In this document: in pieces, positions 10,530 to 17,907 of the stretch
How the letters are laid out: every line of letters starts with the position of its first letter
How positions within the stretch are numbered: the first letter of the stretch is position 1
DNA from: Candidatus Gottesmanbacteria bacterium RBG_16_52_11
GTDB lineage: Bacteria; Patescibacteriota; Microgenomatia; UBA10105; UBA927
Length of the DNA: 64,000 bases
Direction of reading: 5' to 3'
NCBI GenBank assembly: GCA_001779095.1
Contig: MFJD01000004.1
Coordinates: forward strand, 173,031 to 237,030
Made by a program: the position numbers and the translations under genes
The notes under the pieces: model-generated
Database searches by the model: none
What the model saw: only the letters and a program-made list of their open reading frames with translations
What the model was told of the DNA's origin: nothing

Positions 10530-11258
10530 ATGACGGAATTATCGGTGATTTTTCCCGTCCATAATGAGGCAGAGGGGATCGAGTCGTTTCTGGCCGATGC
10601 CCTGTCCACAATCAGGAAGTTAAATGTTTCCTTCGAGATTATCTGCGTGGAAAACGGTTCGACAGACGGCAGTTTGGCAATTCTTAAAAGTATTTCCAAA
10701 AAGATTAAAGACATCCGTGTCATCCGGTCCCCGAAGGGCTGGGGGAATGCGGTACGCGCGGGCATTGCTCAAGCCCGGGGAAAGCTGACCGTCTACATGG
10801 TCTCCGATTACCAGGTGGATCCCAAATACATCGCCCATATATATCATGCCTACCGTAACAGTCAGCTGGACGGGAGCGGATACCGGCTGGTAAAAGTCCG
10901 GCGGACAAACAGGGAGAATACCACCAGACTGGTGAATTCCCGGACGTATAACCTGCTGGCGTCCTTAATGTTCGGAGTGCCCAGCCGGGACATAAATGCC
11001 ACTCCGAAAGTGGCGGAAACCGCGCTTCTCAGGCGCCTGAACCTGACTTCGGATAACATCGCCATAGACCTCGAGCTGCTGCTCAAGCTGCAGTCAGAGG
11101 GGCTGGCGTGGCAGGAAATTCCTGTTCCTTCGATGCGCCGATCCAGCGGCCGGTCGACCACAAACATGAAAGCCGTATGGGAAATGATCAGCCATATGAT
11201 CGGATTCCGTTACGGAATTATCCGCAAACGCACGCCTTCAGTCACCGCCGGGAAATAA
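10530..11258 (+). CDS. GT2 family glycosyltransferase, polyprenyl-phosphate sugar synthase-like (DPM1/GtrB/CsbB type)
   Basis: Starts MTELSVIFPVHNEAEGI (the GT-A N-terminal signature) and has VENGSTDGS as the DxD-equivalent. It is about 240 aa and soluble. It follows a YfhO-like gene, matching the CsbB-YfhO pairing. The ORF-track start at 10461 is less plausible. Confidence 0.75.
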   Translation: MTELSVIFPVHNEAEGIESFLADALSTIRKLNVSFEIICVENGSTDGSLAILKSISKKIKDIRVIRSPKGWGNAVRAGIAQARGKLTVYMVSDYQVDPKYIAHIYHAYRNSQLDGSGYRLVKVRRTNRENTTRLVNSRTYNLLASLMFGVPSRDINATPKVAETALLRRLNLTSDNIAIDLELLLKLQSEGLAWQEIPVPSMRRSSGRSTTNMKAVWEMISHMIGFRYGIIRKRTPSVTAGK

Positions 11259-11296
11259 TATAAATAATCGGAGCGGGATTTGCTCCAACACCATTG

Positions 11297-12790
11297 ATGC
11301 TTATCGATCATTTTGTTACGATTCTGCCTATGCCCGGTGAAACTGTCCGGTATCGTGCGGTTGAGGATCGGCATGCCGTAGAACGGTACATGACGATGAA
11401 GTCAATCGGCCGGGATTTATTCGCCGACAGTCATGTCGTTCAAACAGGCCGGGTAAACAGCACCGATATTGACCTGGCATACCGCTTTATCGCAGATTCA
11501 GCCAGGGAAACCGATTCCGAAGTCTCCGCGTCCTTCTGGTGTCATCTCTTAATTACCCCCGAATTCATTAAATCACTGTCAGAGGAAGCAAACGCCCATG
11601 GAATTTCGGTCGATACGGATGCGATGGTATTTGCCGGAGTACTCCATGACGCCGCCAGGCTGGCATACCCGTCGGCGTACGCCCGGAACGATCTGATCCT
11701 GGACCGGATGCTCAAGGATTTCGGTATCCCCAAATCCGTCATTGATGTCCTGCCCTCATTCATCGAGCGGCTGGAAATTGCCAGCGCCATGGATTTCAGC
11801 GAGGAACAGCTGCGGGGTGACACCGGTCTGAAACACCATCAAAGCGTACTTCTGAATGCGTACCTGAGGAGTCTGACACCGGAGCAGATTATTTTCAACG
11901 TCGCCGATAATCTGTCGAAAAGGAACCATGTCGGCGTCCTGACAATGAATGATCTCAGGACGTACCTTCTGTACCTTGACGGCACGGTGTATAACGGCGA
12001 AAGCGTCTGGCCTTCAGTCAAAAATGCTTTAGCCAAACGCCGGGAGCACGCTTTGTTTCAGTGGCATCTGGTGCGCAGGTCCGTTGACTGGCTGTCTGAG
12101 AACGGCATACCGCTTGATCCGATAAGGGAAAACCTGAAGGATTACGGGGCCCGGCTGGTAGTTGCCGTCAGGCACGGAGAGGTGGAAAATCCCAGAGGCA
12201 TTGTCTACAACCGCGACAGTGTCATGGATCCGGCGGATATTGTCCGTTTAAGCGACGAGGGGCGGATGCAGATCCGGGGATTAGGGGAAAGGCTGTCCGC
12301 CCGCCGGTTCAGGTTTACCGGAATGCTGGTCAGCCCGAACACCAGAACCCTGGAGTCTGCCGGGGAATTAAGCCGTGTTTCCGGAATCACACCGGATACG
12401 GACGACAGGCTGGATGACACGTATGCACCGAATGTCTACCTGTCGGGCATGTCAATGGACCAGTTTCAGGAGGAGTTCAAAGGTGATATCTATGACGTAT
12501 CAGTATGGGGTGCTACTCACGAAAGACCGGAAACGATAGCTGCCAGAATATCCGACGTTGTACGTGATATGCGGGACAGCCTGTCTGCCGGAGAAGCGGG
12601 GATGGTCGTCACGCACGGAGATCCGCTGGCCTGGTTTCTGAATCAGGAGGAAACCGGACAGCTGCCGGCACCGCAAACGCTGAGGAACTCGCGATACCCG
12701 CCGAAAGGGAGCGCTGTCGTATTCGTATACGGACCGGACGACAGTTTGTTTACCAGCTATTTCATACACGGGACCGGGAAGAAGTATTGA
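11297..12790 (+). CDS. fusion protein: N-terminal HD-like domain (tentative) + C-terminal histidine phosphatase (PGM-like, RHG motif)
   Basis: The C-terminal third has VAVRHGEVENPRG (RHGE catalytic motif) and a second VTHGDPLAW histidine motif. The N-terminal half has H..HD-like residues (FWCHLL...VLHDAARL), which is a weak call. Confidence 0.5.
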   Translation: MLIDHFVTILPMPGETVRYRAVEDRHAVERYMTMKSIGRDLFADSHVVQTGRVNSTDIDLAYRFIADSARETDSEVSASFWCHLLITPEFIKSLSEEANAHGISVDTDAMVFAGVLHDAARLAYPSAYARNDLILDRMLKDFGIPKSVIDVLPSFIERLEIASAMDFSEEQLRGDTGLKHHQSVLLNAYLRSLTPEQIIFNVADNLSKRNHVGVLTMNDLRTYLLYLDGTVYNGESVWPSVKNALAKRREHALFQWHLVRRSVDWLSENGIPLDPIRENLKDYGARLVVAVRHGEVENPRGIVYNRDSVMDPADIVRLSDEGRMQIRGLGERLSARRFRFTGMLVSPNTRTLESAGELSRVSGITPDTDDRLDDTYAPNVYLSGMSMDQFQEEFKGDIYDVSVWGATHERPETIAARISDVVRDMRDSLSAGEAGMVVTHGDPLAWFLNQEETGQLPAPQTLRNSRYPPKGSAVVFVYGPDDSLFTSYFIHGTGKKY

Positions 12791-13428
12791 ATTATTTCTT
12801 TGCTTACCGCAAAGGAAACACCACTTTCTTTGCATATCCCGCGAAAGTGGTCAAAGAAACGACACCCCGGGTGAAGATTTTCCGATTGATCTAACCTCAC
12901 TCCGGCTGAGACAGAACCCGCAATCATACCTACAGGTTATCCGTCAAAAATATCCACAGGTCAGGAAAGTCTCATTCCTGACCTGTCAGCCTCCGTTCGA
13001 AAAGATCCATACCGGAAAATCTTCAACGGGGGAATATACCCAGATACCTATATACTTATATACCTATGTCCTGATGAATACTCCCGGCGGGGTTAATACA
13101 TAAATACGTAAATACCTAGATACCTATATATACTTATATACCTAATTCCGCGGAATACTCCCGGCGGGGATTATATCTAGATACCTAAATACTTATATAT
13201 ACTTCCCACCGGTTAGTCAGCCTGCGCTCGGTAAGTCCATTCCGGAAAATCATCAACGGTGTTTGATTGCGCAAGGCCAGGCCTTGCGAAGCTAACGGCG
13301 GGGTTAATACTTAAATACCCATATACCTAGATACCTAAATACTTATATACTTCTCTCTGACCAGCAAGAGGTGTTTATGGTATGATTGATCGATCTAACG
13401 GTCTAACTGAGTCAAGGAGGGAGAGTTT
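12791..13428. repeat. 638-bp repeat-dense, structure-rich intergenic region (repeat family A), homologous to 56316-56625
   Basis: Contents in order:
- hairpins ctttgc-ttacc-gcaaag (12797-12813) and tttctttg..caaagaaa (12825-12859);
- a conserved block gacaccccgggtgaagattttccg...ctcactccggctgagacaga;
- an 11-bp perfect inverted repeat caggtcaggaa/ttcctgacctg (12957-12985);
- two copies of the motif CAGCCTCCGTTCG...GGAAAATCTTCAACGGGG (about 12987 and 13218);
- three copies of CCCGGCGGGGTTAATA followed by ATACCTA/ATACTTA microrepeats;
- a 19-bp perfect palindrome CGCAAGGCCAGGCCTTGCG (13270-13288);
- AGGAGG RBS at 13415. Confidence 0.7.
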
Positions 13429-14352
13429 ATGCCGAAAAAGTTCAAACTGGTGATGATATCCGCGATGTACGAGAACGGCGGCAACACCCTGCAGCGGCAC
13501 CTCGACGGCCATCCGGAGCTTTACGTATACCCCTTTGAATCCCAGCCGGGTACATTCATGGTTCAGGACTTCCTGACCAGCCTGTTTCCCCAGAAGTACC
13601 GCTGGCCGGAGTTCGGCATCAGCGGCGACACCGGCCGGGACTACGAGATGATCATCGATGAGGAATTTAAGGTCCGCGTCAATACACCCCACGTATCCAA
13701 GTTCCGTCATGTATCGGACCTGGGGTGCACTAATGCCGACCGGAAAAAGGTATTCCTGCGGCTGATGAAAGGGAAAGCCCGAACCCGGGCGAACCTGATG
13801 GAGGCCTTTTACCGTTCGACATTCGAAGCCTGGAAAACACGGAAAAACAGCGGCAGGGAAATAGTTTATGTCGGTTACAGCCCGATCATCGGCGTCGACA
13901 GCGACAAGATCATCGCCGATTTCCCGGATTCCATTATCCTTCATATCGTCCGCAATCCCTATGCCGCATATGCCGAAACCAAAAGGCGGCCGGTGCCGTA
14001 TACGCTCTCAAGGTATACCCGGACCTGGAACATCATGCAGCTGGCGGCCCTGAATTTCGCCGGGCAATACCCTAAGAACGTAGTGGTGGTCCGGTTTGAG
14101 GATATGGTGGCGGATAAGGTCGGGTTTTTCCGGAAACTCAGTAAAACACTGGGTATCAGGTATTCCGACACCATGACGTATCCGTCCTGGAACGGGAAAA
14201 AACTTGACCATCAGTACCCGTGGGGAACGATCGAGATTCCGACGGAAAAAGCTAACCGGGAAACGACAAACGAACTAAACAGATCCGAACGCGAGCTGAT
14301 CAGTTCCCAGTCGGGCGTAATCAATAAGGCCTTAGGATACGACAAGTTATAA
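13429..14352 (+). CDS. sulfotransferase-like protein (tentative)
   Basis: 307 aa. A strong RBS (AGGAGGGAGAGTTT) sits upstream. ILHIVRNPYAAYAET resembles the sulfotransferase 3'-PAPS-binding motif (R[ND]PxDxxxS), and a Gly-rich N-terminal loop (SAMYENGGNT) stands in for the 5'-PSB motif. The call is not certain. Confidence 0.45.
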   Translation: MPKKFKLVMISAMYENGGNTLQRHLDGHPELYVYPFESQPGTFMVQDFLTSLFPQKYRWPEFGISGDTGRDYEMIIDEEFKVRVNTPHVSKFRHVSDLGCTNADRKKVFLRLMKGKARTRANLMEAFYRSTFEAWKTRKNSGREIVYVGYSPIIGVDSDKIIADFPDSIILHIVRNPYAAYAETKRRPVPYTLSRYTRTWNIMQLAALNFAGQYPKNVVVVRFEDMVADKVGFFRKLSKTLGIRYSDTMTYPSWNGKKLDHQYPWGTIEIPTEKANRETTNELNRSERELISSQSGVINKALGYDKL

Positions 14353-14358
14353 ATCCGC

Positions 14359-15468
14359 GTGATCCTGAGGCGTAGCGACCTTGTGACAGGAAAATCGGTT
14401 GTGAAAAAACTTCTGCCTAATCCCGATGAACTGCGGAAATACCGACAATGGCAGCGGGGAGTGTTTTTTTCCAAAGCAGACCTTATTCAAAGTCAAAAGT
14501 CAAAGATCAAAAGTCAAAATTACAGCTTAAAAGTCAAAAGTTTACAGAAAGTTGTTAAATATCACCTCAATTCAGAAATCACCCATCTTGAGAAACTTCC
14601 GCGGGCAACGCTGCACGATGTATTCCGGGTGAAAACCCCCGGGGGAAATTATATTGTCAGGACCAGGGCAGAAGAAATCAGGGCGTTTGAGTTTTACCTC
14701 GATGAACTGGCTTTCAAAGAAATGGCAAAACTCGGCGTGCGGTCCTGCGGGGTTGCTGCCGTCGATGTCTCCCGGACTTTGGTACCGTTTGACTATGAAA
14801 TCCTGACGGAGGCTGCCGGGTCATTGATCCACGACAGAGTCAGGATAGGTCGGATACGGCCGGAGGTATTCCGCGGGTTCGGCAGGGTCGTGGCTGTGAT
14901 TCATAATGTCAAAACCCGGAAATACGGTCCGTTTGACATGGAAAAACTGATATCCGGCGGTATCGCTGAAGGTATCTGGCTAACCTGGACAGATTACCTG
15001 CTGGTGAATCTGGATGAGCACGTCCAGACCTGCTTAGAGGCCGGAATATTAACCGACGCCGATGCAATGACGGTCCGCGAAATACTGCCCCGAATCCTTT
15101 TCAGTCTGCCGCCGGTGCCGCCGACCCTACTTCACGGGGATTTAGCCAACCACAACGCTTTCACCGACGGCAAAAGCATCACTGCGCTTGTCGACTGGGA
15201 GGATGCCGTCAGCGGTGATCCGGTGTACGATATCGCCTATTACGGCACGGGATGCTTCGGCCATGATGACTGGCTGAAGGAATTTATTGAAGGATACGTG
15301 GAAAATGCAGCACTACCTGCCGATTTTGAGCGGCGTTATGCCGGGTATTATATCCGGATTGCCCTGGCCAAAGCGGTAGGCCGCCTGAAGCATGGGAAAA
15401 AAGGACGGGGACTGCCCGACAGCGCAAAGCGGATTCAGGAGGGCGTCCGGGCACTCAAATCTGTTTGA
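14359..15468 (+). CDS. APH/choline-kinase-like phosphotransferase (protein-kinase-like fold)
   Basis: LLHGDLANHNAF (catalytic loop HGD...N) and VDWEDAVSGDPVYDIAY (the D[FW]E...D motif) are characteristic. The start is uncertain: the track start is a GTG, and the first about 60 codons contain a TCAAAAG heptamer tandem repeat. Confidence 0.6.
   Translation: MILRRSDLVTGKSVVKKLLPNPDELRKYRQWQRGVFFSKADLIQSQKSKIKSQNYSLKVKSLQKVVKYHLNSEITHLEKLPRATLHDVFRVKTPGGNYIVRTRAEEIRAFEFYLDELAFKEMAKLGVRSCGVAAVDVSRTLVPFDYEILTEAAGSLIHDRVRIGRIRPEVFRGFGRVVAVIHNVKTRKYGPFDMEKLISGGIAEGIWLTWTDYLLVNLDEHVQTCLEAGILTDADAMTVREILPRILFSLPPVPPTLLHGDLANHNAFTDGKSITALVDWEDAVSGDPVYDIAYYGTGCFGHDDWLKEFIEGYVENAALPADFERRYAGYYIRIALAKAVGRLKHGKKGRGLPDSAKRIQEGVRALKSV
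14486..14540. repeat. heptanucleotide tandem repeat (TCAAAAG)n, 5 contiguous copies plus 1 nearby
   Basis: Copies read ttcaaag tcaaaag tcaaaga tcaaaag tcaaaat ... tcaaaag, lying inside the 5' region of the kinase ORF. A 14-mer ATCAAAAGTCAAAA is shared with the 51821-51848 repeat. Confidence 0.7.
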
Positions 15469-15511
15469 TCAGGCTGACAGGTAATCGTGGCTTCTAGCGG
15501 CAGGGCGTATT

Positions 15512-16864
15512 TTATCTGACCGGATTAGCCGGGAGGTAGATCAGAAAGTTCCTTTGACAGCTCATTTGCTGCTCATCTTCACAGTTAGCTGTAGCTACGA
15601 ATAAGCCGTCAGTCCCAATGGACCATGCCTTAGGCAGGGCGGTAACCGAAAAGGATTTCACCGATCCGAGTGCATACTTCCGTCTTTCAAAGTATCCGGC
15701 GGTATTACTATCGGGGGTGAGTTTAGGATCTACTGCGCGGGCAACGGCTTGCAGCAGGTTAGCATCAGCAGGTACCGGAATTGTTTTTGCCGTTTCCAGT
15801 AAAACCTGCAGATCATAATCGGAGTCAATATTTGTAAGAGTCAGATCCGAAGCACCCAGTGCCAGTATTCTACGGCTCAGTATGATTTCGCGATTGGGGA
15901 TAAGCACGGCGGATGGCTTTCTTCCCGGAGCATCTGCGACAAGTTTCCGGAGCTGCCCTGCGGCCTGGGATACCCCTCCGATGAGTACTCTGAAATCTAC
16001 GGATAAACACCCGGATTTAAGGTAATCCAACCGGTCGTTAATTAATTTCAACCGTACCCCGGCGTCCGATTCAGGAGAGCTCAGATCAGTATCAGTAGCG
16101 CCTATGTTGGCTTGACCGTCAACAGCCGGTTCCGGAATTCCAGGTTCAACCGGAGCGGGCAGAAATTCTGAAAAATCAGGCTGTATGCCACCCACACCGA
16201 ACAATTGCCCCATTTCCTCTTCCGTTACTGACGGAGGCGGTTCAGGCATTACATCAGCAATATCAGGGGCAATTATCGGGAAGTAATTATCCGGTCTGCC
16301 GCCCCCTATTGCGGAATCAGGGTGCTCTACCCAATTATCCGGCTGGAATAAGGCCAGGTAACCAGAGTTCAGACCCGGATTACGCGGTTGGGGATCGTAC
16401 AGGAGATGAAGCCTGATTCGGGTAACCTGCTCTTTGGAATATTTGCTTTTCTGCATCCGTTTCCGGTCAGTCCAGACCCATAATGTTTGCTGTTGGTTCG
16501 TAAATACAAGTTCAGGATTAGCCTGGTAATCCGGGTAACTACGATGCAGGAGTTTACCGATTCTGGTATATGCATCCTGACGGAGACCATCATTATCAAT
16601 TTTGACTAAATTCAGAAGACCCAGGATCCTGTTTAATGGGAGTTCATTAGTTGAGGTTGTCCGCTCAGTAAAGGCACCATATACATATATCGGCGCGTCA
16701 GGAGTCCGGTCCGCCGCATCTTCGGCCAGCCTGGTAATTCCGTTTAAAACACTGATTAAGTCATACTCACCTACCGGAGATGTTCCATTCTGTGATCCAG
16801 CCCACAAGTCAACCACATCCGACCGAAAATAATTTAACGGGTGGTATTCTACACTTGTATTCAT
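15512..16864 (-). CDS. hypothetical protein (450 aa), no recognisable domain
   Basis: Long ORF with a Pro/Glu-rich central linker (PEPPPSVTEEE, PAPVEPGIPEPA). Its 3' end is convergent with the kinase gene, and an AT-rich divergent promoter region lies at 16865-16947. Confidence 0.5.
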   Translation of the reverse strand: MNTSVEYHPLNYFRSDVVDLWAGSQNGTSPVGEYDLISVLNGITRLAEDAADRTPDAPIYVYGAFTERTTSTNELPLNRILGLLNLVKIDNDGLRQDAYTRIGKLLHRSYPDYQANPELVFTNQQQTLWVWTDRKRMQKSKYSKEQVTRIRLHLLYDPQPRNPGLNSGYLALFQPDNWVEHPDSAIGGGRPDNYFPIIAPDIADVMPEPPPSVTEEEMGQLFGVGGIQPDFSEFLPAPVEPGIPEPAVDGQANIGATDTDLSSPESDAGVRLKLINDRLDYLKSGCLSVDFRVLIGGVSQAAGQLRKLVADAPGRKPSAVLIPNREIILSRRILALGASDLTLTNIDSDYDLQVLLETAKTIPVPADANLLQAVARAVDPKLTPDSNTAGYFERRKYALGSVKSFSVTALPKAWSIGTDGLFVATANCEDEQQMSCQRNFLIYLPANPVR

Positions 16865-16947
16865 AATGACCTATAATTATACAATTTGTATTAAAATTAA
16901 TCAAATATTAAGACCTGTAGCGTAATTAGTACTTATTATTCTGTGGT

Positions 16948-17907
16948 ATGATTGTCTCCAGCACTGCCGGGTTTATGAAACAGACTGCCGTAGTAACCGG
17001 GGCATCGGGATTTGTCGGCTCCAATATCGTCAGGAGACTACTGACTGACGGTTACCGGGTACACGCACTGGTCCGTAAAGGCGGCGATCCCTGGCGGCTC
17101 GTCGGCCTTCGAAACAAACTGGTATTGCATGAGGGCGTGCTTGACAGTAAATCCAGGCTGACTGCGCTTATGCACAAAGTGCGGCCGCAGGCGGTTTTCC
17201 ACCTGGCAACATACGGATCCTACCCAACGCAGATTGACCTAAGCCGCGTCATCAGGGTAAATGTCAACGGAACCGCTAATCTCCTTGAAAGCACGCTCCG
17301 CGTGCCGTATACGCGGCTGATTGTCGCCGGCAGCTCTTCGGAATACGGGAAAAAGGACGTCCCGATGCGTGAGGATGACGCTGTCGATCCAAACAACATG
17401 TATGCGGCAGCTAAGACGGCAGCCACCACACTGGCCCGGACATTCGCCCGGGTTTACCGTAAACCGGTTACGATATTCCGGCTATTCAGCGTCTACGGGC
17501 CCGGTGAGGAAAAGGGGAGGCTGGTGCGCTCCGTCATCGAATCGGCACTGGCGGGTGAGCCGGTCAGGCTAGCCAGCGGCAGGGAAGCCCGGGACCTGAT
17601 ATATACGGCGGATATTGCCGACGCTTTCGTATATACGGCCGGTCTGAAGCGGCAGATACCTGACGGGGAAATTTTCAACATCGGAACCGGTGTCCAGACT
17701 ACCATCCGGGAACTGGCGCAGAAAGTCATCCGGTTAACCGGCAGCAAATCGGAAATCAAACTGAACGCTTATGCCGGCCGGTTGTGGGACGCCTACACCT
17801 GGAAAGCCGATACGGCCAAAACCCGCAGTGAAATCGGCTGGACTGCCACAACCGGCCTGACCGACGGACTGAAAAAAACCATAGACTGGTACCGTAGCCG
17901 GGTATGA
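16948..17907 (+). CDS. NAD-dependent sugar epimerase/dehydratase (SDR family)
   Basis: AVVTGASGFVGSNIVRRL is the Rossmann GxxGxxG, and YAAAK is the SDR YxxxK catalytic motif. An alternative ATG lies at 16975 (MKQTAVVTG). ATTATTCTG sits immediately upstream (16934-16942). Confidence 0.8.
   Translation: MIVSSTAGFMKQTAVVTGASGFVGSNIVRRLLTDGYRVHALVRKGGDPWRLVGLRNKLVLHEGVLDSKSRLTALMHKVRPQAVFHLATYGSYPTQIDLSRVIRVNVNGTANLLESTLRVPYTRLIVAGSSSEYGKKDVPMREDDAVDPNNMYAAAKTAATTLARTFARVYRKPVTIFRLFSVYGPGEEKGRLVRSVIESALAGEPVRLASGREARDLIYTADIADAFVYTAGLKRQIPDGEIFNIGTGVQTTIRELAQKVIRLTGSKSEIKLNAYAGRLWDAYTWKADTAKTRSEIGWTATTGLTDGLKKTIDWYRSRV

Noticed and set aside
13036-13345. The ATACCTA/ATACTTA microrepeats and the repeated CCCGGCGGGGTTAATA units were considered as a possible CRISPR array.
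   Set aside because: The units are degenerate, of unequal length and spacing (80 and 135 bp), there are no unique spacers of uniform size, and no cas genes are nearby. They are better described as a composite repeat or regulatory region.
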